Origin: an uncultured bacterium
Lineage (GTDB): Bacteria; Patescibacteriota; Andersenbacteria; UBA10190; CAIZMI01
Direction: 5' to 3'
DNA: 64,000 bases
Assembly (NCBI GenBank): GCA_903934015.1
Contig: CAIZMI010000021.1
Span: forward strand, 10,868 to 74,867
Part shown: piece by piece, positions 1 to 9,892 of the stretch
Position numbering within the stretch: position 1 is the first letter of the stretch
Layout of the letters: the number at the start of each line of letters is the position of its first letter
The notes under the pieces: generated by a model
What the model saw: only the letters and a program-made list of their open reading frames with translations
Told to the model about the DNA's origin: nothing
Database searches by the model: none
Translations under genes and position numbers: made by a program

Positions 1-466
1 CGGGCGAAAGCTTCGGGATGATCTCGACTTCGCCAAAAAGGTCCACGTCGTCGGGCTGAAGAAGAAGGCGGAGAAATTCCGCAAACTTCTGTTTGATACC
101 GCGTTTGAGGCGGTCGAGCGGTTGGAAAAGATGGTCGAGCTCCTTCCGAAAGTCACGCCGAAAAAAAAGGTGTCGGGGAGGCCTACTTTGTGGGGCGCCA
201 CAAGCTCTAACTCGAGCCCATGTTACGAGGTTGTTTCGGGGGAGGGGGGACGCCAACTCTAGTCGGAGATCGTCGAGTTCTTTCCAACGGGTGAACATCA
301 TGTTCACCCGTATTTTTTTTGTTTATTATCGAAATATTGGAAATTATTTGCCCGCCACGACGGCGGATCCGCCGAGGTGGCGGAAAATTTTGGGCGTAGA
401 TAAATATTGCAAAAGTCTCTGATTTTAGATACAATGAATAAGTAAAATCTCACTTATTAGACACTT

Positions 467-1105
467 ATGCATCTTAGTTGGCTAGGACTATCCAGTTTTA
501 AAATGGAAACTAAAGACGCGGTTTTGGTGATGGACCCTTATGGTCCGAAGGTGTCCGAAAAGCCCTTACGTGCAAAGGCGGATATTGTCACTATCAGTCA
601 ATTTGGCGATCCTGTTCATGGACACATTGACGCTATTCAGGGCGAACCATTTGTAATTGATCACGCGGGTGAGTTTGAAATTAAAGGTATTTATATTCAG
701 GGCGCGGAAGTGCCAATGAAAGATGCAAAAAAATCATCGACTGTTTTTTGGTTTGATGTTGAGGGAATGCGTGTGGCTCACCTTGGCAACCTTGAAACTA
801 TTCCTTCCACGGAAGTGATGGAAAAAATGGACGGTTTGGAAGTGGATATTTTGATGCTTCCTGTTGGTGGAAATGGGTTGGAACTTAAGCAGGCGATGAA
901 GCTGGTTAACGATATCGAACCACGAATTGTTATTCCAATGCATTACGCACAAGAAGGGGTGAATGTTGGAACAAAGTTAAATTCGGTATCAGCGTTTTTG
1001 AAAGAAATGGGAGCGTCGAATGTAAAACCAGTAGATAGAATGTTGTTCAAGAAGAAAGATTTGCCGAGTGCGGAAGACACACAGGTAATTTTATTTTCTG
1101 CGTAG
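467..1105 (+). CDS. MBL-fold metal-dependent hydrolase (beta-lactamase superfamily)
   Basis: The translation has an HGHID-like metal-binding stretch and an overall beta-lactamase-fold layout (DPYGP...HGHIDAIQG...MHYAQ). It has the size of UPF0173-type hydrolases. Confidence 0.6.
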   Translation: MHLSWLGLSSFKMETKDAVLVMDPYGPKVSEKPLRAKADIVTISQFGDPVHGHIDAIQGEPFVIDHAGEFEIKGIYIQGAEVPMKDAKKSSTVFWFDVEGMRVAHLGNLETIPSTEVMEKMDGLEVDILMLPVGGNGLELKQAMKLVNDIEPRIVIPMHYAQEGVNVGTKLNSVSAFLKEMGASNVKPVDRMLFKKKDLPSAEDTQVILFSA

Positions 1106-1106
1106 T

Positions 1107-1568
1107 TTGGTTGAGTCGTTTAAGTGTTTAGAAGTAAGGTTAATACTAGCGAATCCAAAAATTATGTTTAATTATTTGTCCGAAATAAAAAAGAGAGACG
1201 AAGCGTCCAAACAGCGTTTTGTTGTGATTGGTACGGCTATCAGTTTTGTCGCCATTATTGGTGTTTGGGTGCCGATTCGCATCGCGCAATGGAAGACACA
1301 CGGCGATGCGGTGGTGGCAAAAACGGAGAATGTCGCACCTGTTGTTACATCTATTCCAACCGTGGCAGGCGATGAAGCAGTACGTGTCTTATTGGGTGGT
1401 TCAACAGAAAAAACAACTGCAACTCCCGTTGTGTCATCGAAACCGCTATTTGCGAATCCTGTGGTGACCGCAACGCCGGTAGTTTCTGGGCAATTTGTTC
1501 CTGAAAATTCAATTTCTGAAGTAGCACCGGAAGCAACACCAACGTCAACCGATTTCCCGACTTTATGA
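1107..1568 (+). CDS. hypothetical membrane-anchored protein (one TM helix, Thr/Val/Pro-rich tail)
   Basis: The ORF has a hydrophobic segment (VVIGTAISFVAIIGVWVPI) and a low-complexity C-terminus. The start is uncertain; Met codons at 1107 and 1164 are both possible. Confidence 0.35.
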   Translation: MVESFKCLEVRLILANPKIMFNYLSEIKKRDEASKQRFVVIGTAISFVAIIGVWVPIRIAQWKTHGDAVVAKTENVAPVVTSIPTVAGDEAVRVLLGGSTEKTTATPVVSSKPLFANPVVTATPVVSGQFVPENSISEVAPEATPTSTDFPTL

Positions 1569-1596
1569 TTTTCTAGTATAAATTAGCAACACCCCC

Positions 1597-4059
1597 ATGC
1601 CTGAAACAATCACCCCACGTGAAATAAGCGAAGAAATGCAACAATCCTATTTGGATTATGCCATGAGCGTGATTGTTTCTCGTGCTTTGCCTGATGTGCG
1701 CGACGGCTTTAAACCCGTGCATCGCAAGATTTTGTATGCCATGAATGAGATGGGGCTAAGGGCCAATTCGCGTTTTAGAAAGTCTGCCACAGTGGTCGGT
1801 GAAGTGCTTGGTAAGTATCATCCGCACGGCGATATCGCGGTATATGACACGATGGCTCGTATGACGCAGGAATGGTCGATGCGTTATCAGTTAATTAATG
1901 GACAGGGAAACTTTGGTTCTATCGACGGTGATTCGCCCGCGGCCATGCGTTACACGGAAGCTAAACTTGCCAAAATTTCGGAAGAAATGTTGCGCGATAT
2001 TGATAAAGAAACCGTTTTGTTTGTCGACAACTATGATAGTACGCGCAAAGAACCGTCGGTAATGCCGGCGGCGTTTCCGAACTTGTTGGTAAATGGCACG
2101 GTGGGTATCGCGGTCGGTATGGCCACGAATATTCCTCCGCATAATTTGTCGGAAGTAATTGATGCTATTATCCATCTTTCCGAAAATCCGGATGCCAACG
2201 TGGAAGACTTGCTTCAGTTTGTAAAAGGTCCCGATTTTCCGACCGGAGGATTTATTTTTAATAAACAGGATATCGCGCACGCTTATGCTACGGGGAAGGG
2301 TGGCATGGTTACGCGCGCTAAGGCTGAAATTGAGGAAGTAAAAGAAGGTGAGTTTAAAATTATCGTTACGGAAATTCCTTATCAGGTGAACAAGTCCACC
2401 TTGTTAGAAGAAATTGCCAATGGAGTAAAAGAAAAGCGTTTGGACGGAATTCGTGATTTGCGCGATGAGTCGGATAAAGATGGTATTCGTGTTGTAATTG
2501 AATTGAAGCGTGATTCGTATCCGAAAAAGGTTTTGAACCAGCTTTTTGTGCATACACAACTGCAAAAATCGTTCCATTTGAATATGTTGGCGTTGGTGGA
2601 CGGGATTCAGCCGAAAGTTTTGACATTGAAAGGCGTTTTGGAATGTTTCTTGGATCACCGTAAGGTAGTTATTCGTAAGCGCACAGAATATGAATTACGT
2701 AAAGCCAAGGAACGTGCGCACATTTTAGAAGGATTAACGAAGGCGCTTGATCATATTAATGAAGTAATCGAAACGATTAAGAAATCGGCCACTAAAGAAA
2801 TCGCGCATGTAAACCTAGTTAAGAAATTCCGCTTATCGGAATTACAAGCCGCGGCTATTTTGGAAATGCGTTTGTCTACGCTTGCCGGTCTTGAGCGCAA
2901 AAAAATTGAAGATGAATTGGAAGAGAAGCGAAAACTCATTGCCAGTTTGGAAGATTTGCTTAAGTCGCCAAAGAAAATTTTGGGTGTGGTTATTTCTGAA
3001 CTTTTAGAAATCAAAAAGAATTTTGGCGACGAACGACGCACTAAGGTAGTGGCCGGGCCGGTTGGTGAATTTTCGACTGAAGATTTGGTGCCTGATGAAG
3101 ATACTGTGCTGACAGTTACTGCCGGTGGTTATGTGAAGCGTTTACCAATTGATACTTATCGTGTGCAGGGTAGGGGCGGTAAGGGAGTGATTGGAATGAC
3201 TACCAAAGAAGAAGATTCGGTGGAGCAAATTATTGTTACTCGCACGCATTCGGATGCGTTATTCTTCACCAATACCGGAAAAGTTTTTGCCAGCAAAGTG
3301 CATGAATTGCCACCATCCTCACGAACGGCTAAAGGACAAGCGTTACAAAATTTCTTGTCTTTGAAATCAGAAGAAAAAGTTACGGCGGTACTCGCGCTTC
3401 CCAAAGACACAAAAGCAAAGTTTCTTGTGATGGTCACCGCTTCGGGAACAATTAAGAAAGTGGCAATTGAAGAATTTGAGCATGTGCGCCGTAGTGGTCT
3501 TATTGCGATTCGTTTGGAGCCTACTGATCATTTGGATTGGGTGTCGCCAAGTAATGGTAAGGATGAAATTATGGTTGTTACCGCAAAGGGTAAGGGGATT
3601 CGTTTTAAGGAAACGGACGTGCGTCCCATGGGTCGGCCGGCATCCGGTGTGCGTGGGATCAAAATGAGTAAAGAGGACGCTGTGATTGGCATGACGGTAA
3701 TTCCTCAGGAATTAAAAGCAAAAGACGCGCACGTGTTGGTTTTGATGGAGCATGGTTATGGAAAGCGTGCCGGTCTTTCGGCATTTAAGGTGCAACATCG
3801 TGGCGGTTCGGGAATCAAAACAGCCAATGTGACACCAAAAACCGGTAAAGTTGTTGGGATGAAACTGATTCCGGCTTCTGAAAAAGAAGCATCCGTGATT
3901 GTCACATCTGCCAAGGGACAAGTGATTCGCGTGCCGATTGCGTCGGTGCCTATCTTGGGTCGCGCCACGCAAGGTGTTCGTATTATGCGCCTCGAGGGTG
4001 ATGAAAAAGTGGCGACGTTTACGACGTTTGTAACAGTGGAACGACTGACGACGGAGTAG
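1597..4059 (+). CDS. gyrA: DNA gyrase subunit A
   Basis: The N-terminus (YAMSVIVSRALPDVRDGFKPVHRKILYAM...) is typical of GyrA, and the C-terminal beta-pinwheel repeats are present. Length is 820 aa. Confidence 0.95.
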   Translation: MPETITPREISEEMQQSYLDYAMSVIVSRALPDVRDGFKPVHRKILYAMNEMGLRANSRFRKSATVVGEVLGKYHPHGDIAVYDTMARMTQEWSMRYQLINGQGNFGSIDGDSPAAMRYTEAKLAKISEEMLRDIDKETVLFVDNYDSTRKEPSVMPAAFPNLLVNGTVGIAVGMATNIPPHNLSEVIDAIIHLSENPDANVEDLLQFVKGPDFPTGGFIFNKQDIAHAYATGKGGMVTRAKAEIEEVKEGEFKIIVTEIPYQVNKSTLLEEIANGVKEKRLDGIRDLRDESDKDGIRVVIELKRDSYPKKVLNQLFVHTQLQKSFHLNMLALVDGIQPKVLTLKGVLECFLDHRKVVIRKRTEYELRKAKERAHILEGLTKALDHINEVIETIKKSATKEIAHVNLVKKFRLSELQAAAILEMRLSTLAGLERKKIEDELEEKRKLIASLEDLLKSPKKILGVVISELLEIKKNFGDERRTKVVAGPVGEFSTEDLVPDEDTVLTVTAGGYVKRLPIDTYRVQGRGGKGVIGMTTKEEDSVEQIIVTRTHSDALFFTNTGKVFASKVHELPPSSRTAKGQALQNFLSLKSEEKVTAVLALPKDTKAKFLVMVTASGTIKKVAIEEFEHVRRSGLIAIRLEPTDHLDWVSPSNGKDEIMVVTAKGKGIRFKETDVRPMGRPASGVRGIKMSKEDAVIGMTVIPQELKAKDAHVLVLMEHGYGKRAGLSAFKVQHRGGSGIKTANVTPKTGKVVGMKLIPASEKEASVIVTSAKGQVIRVPIASVPILGRATQGVRIMRLEGDEKVATFTTFVTVERLTTE

Positions 4060-4086
4060 GGATACGTTCAGACTTCTATGGTTGTG

Positions 4087-4127
4087 CCATTCCCGTTGTC
4101 ACGGGAATGGTGGGTTAGTGTTTTTAA
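4087..4127 (+). terminator. hairpin (ccattcccgttgtcacgggaatgg) followed by a T-run; likely a rho-independent terminator after gyrA, and a copy of a dispersed hairpin repeat
   Basis: A perfect stem ttcccg/cgggaa with loop ttgtca sits 27 bp after the gyrA stop and is followed by tgggttagtgttttta. Confidence 0.5.
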
Positions 4128-4180
4128 AGCGAACGAAGTGATAGTGTTTGTTGTTCGTTATAAATATCAATTCTTAAAAC

Positions 4181-4250
4181 CACCACCCCCGAGACATCGG
4201 GGGTCTACGACGTATCGCCGTGGATTCCCGTTGTCACGGGAATGGTGGGT
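4181..4250 (+). repeat. repeat family A: composite two-hairpin element (ccaccaccccc-GA..-ggggg ... ggattcccgttgtNacgggaatgg)
   Basis: The same composite recurs at 15512..15583 (+) and inverted at 25575..25636. A solo second-hairpin copy lies at 4087..4116. Confidence 0.7.
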
Positions 4251-4342
4251 TATGTGGAGTAAAAGCAAAATTAACATCTTTCTATCAACAAACATTCGAA
4301 AGTGTTATAGTTATTACAGATAACAAACAGTCAACAAACTCC

Positions 4343-4906
4343 ATGCCAATAAATTCAATTCGTACCGGAAATTTTATTCGCCCTGACGCGGTATTGCGTG
4401 ATGTTGGTATTAAAGAGGGAATGAAAGTTGTGCATTTGGGTTGTGGTCCGGGGTTTTATGTTATTCCGGCGGCAAAATTTGTCGGTCCATCGGGTAGGGC
4501 AGTGGGTATTGATATTCGCGAACAATCGTTGCAAACATTGCGTCATAAAGCAAAAATGGAAGGATTGGATAATGTTGATGTTATCCGGGGTGACCTAGAA
4601 AAAGAGGGTGGTTCGCATTTGCCTAATGCTTGGGCGGATTTGGTAATAATGGTGAATATCTTGCATCAAAGCGATCCGCGCAAAGTAATGGCGGAGGCAG
4701 TACGCATTCTTCGTCCTGAAGTAGGCCGTCTTTTAACGATAGAATGGGAAGTAACAAATGTTCCCATGGGCCCCCCGGTGGATGATCGTATTACACCTGA
4801 TACAATTCTAGCGGCGGCTAAAAGTAATAACCTTGTCGTGTTGCGTCGTTTTAAGCCAAGTTCTTATCATTTTTCTTTTCTTTTTGCTCGCGCGATTGCG
4901 GGATGA
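4343..4906 (+). CDS. class I SAM-dependent methyltransferase
   Basis: A glycine-rich SAM-binding motif (VVHLGCGPGFY) is followed by an acidic motif (VGIDI) and a Methyltransf_11-like layout. The start was moved to the ATG at 4343, in frame with the ORF-track start at 4220; the upstream part overlaps repeat DNA. Confidence 0.65.
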   Translation: MPINSIRTGNFIRPDAVLRDVGIKEGMKVVHLGCGPGFYVIPAAKFVGPSGRAVGIDIREQSLQTLRHKAKMEGLDNVDVIRGDLEKEGGSHLPNAWADLVIMVNILHQSDPRKVMAEAVRILRPEVGRLLTIEWEVTNVPMGPPVDDRITPDTILAAAKSNNLVVLRRFKPSSYHFSFLFARAIAG

Positions 4907-6288
4907 AAACTATGTTTACGAAATTTCTAAAAAATATAAAAAAAGAGGCGGTAATTAGGGTACGACCTCTTAGAGGTCGGACCCTAAGCGGTTCATTTGC
5001 TAAGCTCGGTCTATTACTTGGCGTCGTCGCTCTCTTTGGTGCCGGTTGCGGAAAAACAAACGCCCCTCCTGCTTCCAAAACACCGATTTCTATTTGGGGT
5101 ATCTTTGATGACGCCGAGGGAATGGATCCGTTTCTTAAAACATTTTCCAACACTGAACTTCCTGGAGCAAAGGTAAGTTATCGCAAACAAAGTCCTGTGG
5201 ATCAATATGAAAATCAGTTACTAAGTGCTATCGCGGAAAATCGGGGGCCGGATGTTTTTCTTATTCATAGTTCTTGGTTACCGCGCTGGAAGAATCGTAT
5301 TTTACCGGCACCGGTGGCTATTATGAATGAGAAGCAAGTTAATGAGCAATATGTTGATTTGGTTTCCAAAGATGTTATTGCAAGTGGTCGTGTGATGGCA
5401 CTTCCGCTTTTTATGGATACATTGGCGCTTTATTACAACAAAGATATTTTTAATGCTTCGGGTGTTACTCGCGCCCCAAAAACGTGGGCGGAAGTAATGG
5501 AAATAGTGAAGCGTACGACAAAAAGTAATATGACGGAAACGAATCAAATCGATCAAAGCGGTATCGCGATGGGAACAGGGCAAAATGTAAATCGCGCTTC
5601 TGATTTATTGTCGATTTTAATGATGCAAAATGGCGTAGCGATGTTGGATGGTGATGGTAATCCCGGTTTTGGCGATAGTGCCGATGCGGTGAGGGCATTG
5701 CAGTTCTATACCGATTTTGCCAATCCCACCAAAGATGTTTACGCGTGGAATACGCGTAGCGACTATTCCATTGACGCGTTTGCGACTAATAAATCAGCAA
5801 TGATGATTAATTATTCTTATCACATGGCTACAATCAAGGCGAAAAATCCGCGTCTCAATTTTGCCATTGCGCCGTTGCCACAGGTGGAAAATTGTCCAAC
5901 TTGTAAGCCGGTAACTTATGGCGGTTATTGGTTGTTGGCTGTTTCCAAACAAACAATCAGTCCTGATACGGCTTGGCGCTTTGTGAAGTTTATGAGTAAT
6001 ACGGCTGCGAATCGTGATTATCTTCAAAAAACCGGTTATCCACCGGCCAGAAAAGATTTGATACAAGAATTGCAAAACGATCCGAGGATCGGTGTTTATA
6101 CTGTGCAAGCCTTAAACGCCGAATCATGGAAGCAAGTTGATAGTCGCTTGGTTGATCGTTTATTCTCGGAGGCAATTGATGAAGTTGTAACAGGAAAGGA
6201 CACTGCGGATGGGGCGTTAAGAAGGGCTTCTCAGCAGTTAAAGGCGGCAACAGAAACAATGAAAGCGCAGGGGAATACGACTAATTAA
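4903..6288 (+). CDS. extracellular solute-binding lipoprotein (ABC transporter substrate-binding protein, family 1-like)
   Basis: A lipobox (LFGAGC) follows a long N-terminal leader. Size and composition fit SBP_bac_1-type sugar-binding proteins. No permease or ATPase genes are adjacent. Confidence 0.6.
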   Translation: MKTMFTKFLKNIKKEAVIRVRPLRGRTLSGSFAKLGLLLGVVALFGAGCGKTNAPPASKTPISIWGIFDDAEGMDPFLKTFSNTELPGAKVSYRKQSPVDQYENQLLSAIAENRGPDVFLIHSSWLPRWKNRILPAPVAIMNEKQVNEQYVDLVSKDVIASGRVMALPLFMDTLALYYNKDIFNASGVTRAPKTWAEVMEIVKRTTKSNMTETNQIDQSGIAMGTGQNVNRASDLLSILMMQNGVAMLDGDGNPGFGDSADAVRALQFYTDFANPTKDVYAWNTRSDYSIDAFATNKSAMMINYSYHMATIKAKNPRLNFAIAPLPQVENCPTCKPVTYGGYWLLAVSKQTISPDTAWRFVKFMSNTAANRDYLQKTGYPPARKDLIQELQNDPRIGVYTVQALNAESWKQVDSRLVDRLFSEAIDEVVTGKDTADGALRRASQQLKAATETMKAQGNTTN

Positions 6289-6300
6289 ATTTATGAAATT

Positions 6301-7185
6301 ATGAAAATCTTTACAAAAACTTGTTTAACTGGCGTGTTGTTGTTATTCCCGGCGTTAGTGTGGGGCGCGCAGACAATGGTGCCGTATCCCGCAAGAAGTT
6401 TTAATATAGATTATGGCGGAGGATATACAGCGAATGTTACGATCAGCGGAAACATTAATTCGGCGAATATTAATTCAACGGTTTATAGTCAAACTGGTGG
6501 ATTTAATTTTAACGGTTTTTCTGCCGACACAACGGTATCAATTAAAGCAACGGGGTCCCCCTCATATTCTGGAGCAACAACTGCATATATAGCAGAGGGA
6601 ACTGGCACAAATAAAATGATCACGGAGAGAGTAGCGACGGATAAAAGTATTTTAAACACCACAGTTGGGGAAATTAGACAATTATCTAATCCACGGTTAA
6701 CCGTAAGACAGGCAACAGGAGAAACAAAAACAACTGGAATTGTTTCAGGGACAGAGTCATCTCGCCCTGCTTTTTTAGATCAACAGCCTGATCCGCCGTC
6801 GTCGAGTTACGGACAGCCTGGCGATAATAGTCAGTCCGCAAAAAGTCCTTCAGATACAGCGGGTGCCGGAGGGTCGGGTTCAGGCTCAAAACTCGTTCCA
6901 TGTGACGGCGCAGATTGTACGCTTGCTATGTTAAAACAAATGGGCGCGAATATTTATAATTATCTGGCCGGTTTTGGGGCGATTTTGGCGGTAGGAGCGA
7001 TTGTATTGGCCGGTTTTTCATACATCAAATCCGGTGGGGACCCATCTGCGATGAAAGAAGCAAAACAGAAGATTGTTTATGCAATAACAGGCTTGATAAT
7101 TTTGGGCGCCTCAGTATTAATTGTAAACACGGTCCTGAAAGTGTTTGAACCGAAAACATTTCAAAAAGTGGAAGATGTTAAATAA
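6301..7185 (+). CDS. secreted protein with a C-terminal VirB2/TrbC-like pilin domain (large relative of the downstream paralog array)
   Basis: It has a Sec signal peptide. The C-terminal 90 aa (YLAGFGAILAVGAIVLAGFSYIKSGGDPSAMKEAKQKIVYAITGLIILGASVLIVN) share the two-helix motif of the seven downstream paralogs. Confidence 0.6.
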   Translation: MKIFTKTCLTGVLLLFPALVWGAQTMVPYPARSFNIDYGGGYTANVTISGNINSANINSTVYSQTGGFNFNGFSADTTVSIKATGSPSYSGATTAYIAEGTGTNKMITERVATDKSILNTTVGEIRQLSNPRLTVRQATGETKTTGIVSGTESSRPAFLDQQPDPPSSSYGQPGDNSQSAKSPSDTAGAGGSGSGSKLVPCDGADCTLAMLKQMGANIYNYLAGFGAILAVGAIVLAGFSYIKSGGDPSAMKEAKQKIVYAITGLIILGASVLIVNTVLKVFEPKTFQKVEDVK

Positions 7186-7360
7186 AAATAGTGATGCAAC
7201 GTCTTTTGCCAAATTTATTTAAACCCCTCTTAATCTCCCCTTATCGAAGGGGAGAAAACGCGACGATCTCCTCCCTTTATTCAAAGGATGCACATACATC
7301 GGCGGTGTTGACCTGAAGGTCTAAAGGCGGGGAGGGATTTCGTGAAAGATTGTTGCAAAA

Positions 7361-7389
7361 TTGACCGCATTACTTAAACAAAATATAAT
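7361..7389 (+). promoter_or_regulatory. sigma70-like promoter TTGACC-N17-TATAAT upstream of the pilin-like array
   Basis: The -35 ttgacc (7361-7366), a 17-nt spacer and the -10 tataat (7384-7389) are near-consensus. They lie 11 nt upstream of the ATG at 7400. Confidence 0.5.
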
Positions 7390-7399
7390 TCACTTAAAG

Positions 7400-7780
7400 A
7401 TGATAACAAAAAACAAAATCGTTCTCGGGGTGCAAATGCTGATGTTGTCGGGGTTGGGTTTCGCGCAACTGGCTTTCGCGCAAGGAAGTGGCGGTATTCA
7501 AAATCCGATAAATGTTAATAGTTTGGAGGATCTTATTGCCAAAATTGTTAAGTACGCTCTTGGTCTTACAGCGGTATTGGCGGTTGCCTATATCGTTTAT
7601 GGTGGTTTTCTTTACATTTCTTCCGCGGGTGATGAGTCTCAACTAAAAGCCGGCAAGCAAGCAATTATCGGCGCGGTGATAGGGATTATCGTTATCGGTT
7701 TAGCATATGCGTTAGTGGAATTTGTTGTTAACGCCATGGGTGGTGGGGGTGGAGCTAATGGTGGAAATCTAAGAGGATGA
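7400..7780 (+). CDS. VirB2/TrbC-like (T4SS-pilin-like) small secreted two-helix protein, paralog 1
   Basis: It has a signal peptide, the YGGFLYISSAGDESQLKAGKQAII motif and a Gly-rich tail GGGGGANGGNLRG. The ORF-track start at 7361 is a TTG that overlaps the predicted promoter, so the ATG at 7400 is preferred. Confidence 0.65.
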   Translation: MITKNKIVLGVQMLMLSGLGFAQLAFAQGSGGIQNPINVNSLEDLIAKIVKYALGLTAVLAVAYIVYGGFLYISSAGDESQLKAGKQAIIGAVIGIIVIGLAYALVEFVVNAMGGGGGANGGNLRG

Positions 7781-8163
7781 AAAATAACATTAACAAATTG
7801 TGTATAGTAATTTTGGCTGTATTTTTTCCAGTGTTTGTATTTGCCGCAGATCTTGGTCTTGATAAAGCGGAAGGAATCGGTCTACAAGGCGGACTTGAAG
7901 AGATGATCGCAAATATTGTTAAAACAGCCTTAGGGCTCGTTGGTGCCTTAGCATTAGCGTTTATTGTTTATGGCGGATTTTTGTATGTCACGGCAGCCGG
8001 GGATGAATCGCAAATTAAAAAAGGTAAAACTGTGATTATTTACGCGATTATTGGAATTATCGTTATTGGTGTGTCTTATGCTTTGGTGTCATTTGTTGTT
8101 GGAGCCTTTAGTGGTGGAGGAAGTGGTGGTGGGGGAGCTAATGGTGGAAATCTAAGAGGATGA
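7777..8163 (+). CDS. VirB2/TrbC-like pilin-family protein, paralog 2
   Basis: Its start overlaps the stop of paralog 1 (ATGA). It carries the same core motif, and its 3' end is nearly identical at the DNA level to that of paralog 1. Confidence 0.7.
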   Translation: MKNNINKLCIVILAVFFPVFVFAADLGLDKAEGIGLQGGLEEMIANIVKTALGLVGALALAFIVYGGFLYVTAAGDESQIKKGKTVIIYAIIGIIVIGVSYALVSFVVGAFSGGGSGGGGANGGNLRG

Positions 8164-8495
8164 AAAATATTGTAAAATTTGTGTCATTGATGAGCTCTTC
8201 TTTGTTCGCCTTATCCGCACAAGCACAACTCTCCAAACCTAAAAATCCCGGGTTACCTGATACACCTTTGCCTGCAATGATAATGCAGTTAGTAAATTAT
8301 GCGCTAGGTCTAGTCGGTGTTTTGGCTCTTGGTTTTATCGTCTACGGCGGTTTTCTCTACATCACCGCTCACGGTGATGATAAACAGGTTACTTCGGCAA
8401 AAGGGATAATAATTAACGCCGTAATTGGGATCGTCGTAATTGGTTTGGCGGCCGCGCTGGTCAATTTTATTGTGAAAGGGATGACCGGCGGATAA
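8160..8495 (+). CDS. VirB2/TrbC-like pilin-family protein, paralog 3
   Basis: Its start overlaps the stop of paralog 2. It contains the motif FIVYGGFLYITAHGDDKQVTSAKGIIINAVIGIVVIGLAAALVNF. Confidence 0.7.
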   Translation: MKNIVKFVSLMSSSLFALSAQAQLSKPKNPGLPDTPLPAMIMQLVNYALGLVGVLALGFIVYGGFLYITAHGDDKQVTSAKGIIINAVIGIVVIGLAAALVNFIVKGMTGG

Positions 8496-8507
8496 AAAAG
8501 CTTATCT

Positions 8508-8536
8508 TTGTCAAAAAAAATAATTTACGTTATAAT
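8508..8536 (+). promoter_or_regulatory. sigma70-like promoter TTGTCA-N17-TATAAT
   Basis: The -35 ttgtca is at 8508-8513 and the -10 tataat at 8531-8536, 18 nt upstream of the ATG at 8555. Confidence 0.45.
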
Positions 8537-8554
8537 AATCTCAATAAAACACAT

Positions 8555-8905
8555 ATGAAAAAACTCAACATATTTAAGAAGGCATCAATTACGGCTCTTG
8601 GTCTGCTTTTGCCGATGTTTGCGTTCGCGCAAATGGGGATACAAGAAATTCAAAATTACCAAGGTTCAAACCAACGTGATCTTCCAACTGCCATTATGAC
8701 AATTGTTAATTATGCTTTAATTATTGTGGGTGTTTTGGCTCTCGCTTTTATCGTCTACGGAGGTTTTCTGTATATTACTGCTCATGGCGATGATAAGCAG
8801 GTTTCATCGGCGAAAGATATCATTATTAATGCCGTGATTGGTATTGTCGTTATAGGCATCGCGGCCGCTTTGGTAAACTTTGTAGTTGGCGCGGTGTCGC
8901 AGTAG
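8555..8905 (+). CDS. VirB2/TrbC-like pilin-family protein, paralog 4
   Basis: It has a signal peptide plus the conserved core, and is very similar to paralog 3. Confidence 0.7.
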   Translation: MKKLNIFKKASITALGLLLPMFAFAQMGIQEIQNYQGSNQRDLPTAIMTIVNYALIIVGVLALAFIVYGGFLYITAHGDDKQVSSAKDIIINAVIGIVVIGIAAALVNFVVGAVSQ

Positions 8906-8945
8906 ACAAAATTTATTTATTTTATTGGGAGGAGGTGAGTACGAC

Positions 8946-9302
8946 GTGAAAAATCGATTTCAAACAATTATCGTAGGTTTATCTATGCTCTTACCGGGTG
9001 TGGCAATGGCCCAGCTAACAGGCGCACCAGTTCCGCCAGGGACAGCGCGAGGGGATTTGGCATCCGTCATTTTGAACATTATTAATTATGTTCTCGCGAT
9101 TGTGGGTGTCGTCGCGCTCGCGTACCTCATTTACGGCGGGTTTCGTTATATCACATCCGGTGGTAATGATACGGTTATTGAAGAGGCGAAGAATGTTATT
9201 ATCAACGCGGTTATTGGTATCGTCATCATTGGTGTGGCGGCGGCCTTGGTCAATTTCGTGGTTCGCGCGGTGGGTGGCGGAGTGCCAGCCGGCGCAATTT
9301 AA
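8946..9302 (+). CDS. VirB2/TrbC-like pilin-family protein, paralog 5
   Basis: An in-frame GTG at 8946 lies 5 nt after a strong SD (gggaggaggtgag). It gives a 119-aa product with a signal peptide, matching the size of the other paralogs; the ORF-track start at 8886 overlaps the previous gene. Confidence 0.6.
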   Translation: MKNRFQTIIVGLSMLLPGVAMAQLTGAPVPPGTARGDLASVILNIINYVLAIVGVVALAYLIYGGFRYITSGGNDTVIEEAKNVIINAVIGIVIIGVAAALVNFVVRAVGGGVPAGAI

Positions 9303-9337
9303 GCAAAAATTCTGGAGGAAATGCAAACACAAAAAGT

Positions 9338-9368
9338 AAAAACACGCCCATAACGGGCGTGTTTTTTA
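9338..9368 (+). terminator. rho-independent terminator
   Basis: A GC stem (aacacgccc-ataa-gggcgtgtt) is followed by tttttt, 36 nt after the stop of paralog 5. Confidence 0.8.
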
Positions 9369-9390
9369 GTAGTCGTCATTTTTTTGTGAT

Positions 9391-9502
9391 AAACCCACCC
9401 CCGCCCTCCCTTACAAAGGGAGGGAATGCTTTAAGGAGAACGTATGCTTCAAGAACCGTTTCCTCCCCTTTGTAAGGGGAGGAACAAGGTGGGGTTTAGA
9501 TA
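9391..9502 (+). repeat. repeat family C: 112-bp imperfect palindromic element (aaacccacc...cctcccTTTgtaaggggagg...ggtggggttt), left copy flanking the DUF559 gene
   Basis: It is a near-identical direct repeat of 9891..10007. Shorter relatives occur at 7201..7335 and 60668..60705. Confidence 0.75.
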
Positions 9503-9517
9503 GTGTAAAATGCATAG

Positions 9518-9892
9518 GTGAAATCTCTCATAAAATATAGATCAGATCTAAAACAAAAAGCACGAAAACTGCGTCACGATTCCACTCCTGCGGAAAAATT
9601 CATTTGGATAAAAATCCTAAGAAACCGACAACTACTCGGTTATAAGTTTATCCGCCAGAAACCAATAGGGAATTTCGTCGTAGATTTTTTCTGCTCAAAA
9701 CTTAAATTGGCTATTGAAATAGACGGGCATACGCATGATATTGACAGTGAATACGACAAACAAAGAACAATACAACTAAACAGTTTAGGTATAGAGGTTG
9801 TCAGATATTCTAATTCTGATGTTCTGAAAAACATCGAAGGAGTTTATTGCGATTTAATGGAAAGAGTTAAGAATAATGAAAAATATTTCTAA
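9518..9892 (+). CDS. DUF559 (Vsr/endonuclease-like) domain protein
   Basis: The sequence PAEKFIWIKILRNRQLLGYKFIRQKPIGNFVVDFFCSKLKLAIEIDGHTHD...D..R...L...G..VVRYSN..V matches the DUF559 pattern (KF.RQ..IG.Y..DF.C....L.IE.DG..H). The stop TAA overlaps the first bases of the right-hand repeat. Confidence 0.7.
   Translation: MKSLIKYRSDLKQKARKLRHDSTPAEKFIWIKILRNRQLLGYKFIRQKPIGNFVVDFFCSKLKLAIEIDGHTHDIDSEYDKQRTIQLNSLGIEVVRYSNSDVLKNIEGVYCDLMERVKNNEKYF

Noticed and set aside
4087-4250. Possible CRISPR array: two copies of ggattcccgttgtcacgggaatggtgggtt separated by about 105 bp
   Set aside because: There are only two copies, the spacing is atypical, the repeat is a self-complementary hairpin, and it belongs to a dispersed composite repeat family (also at 15512 and 25575). 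No cas genes are nearby.
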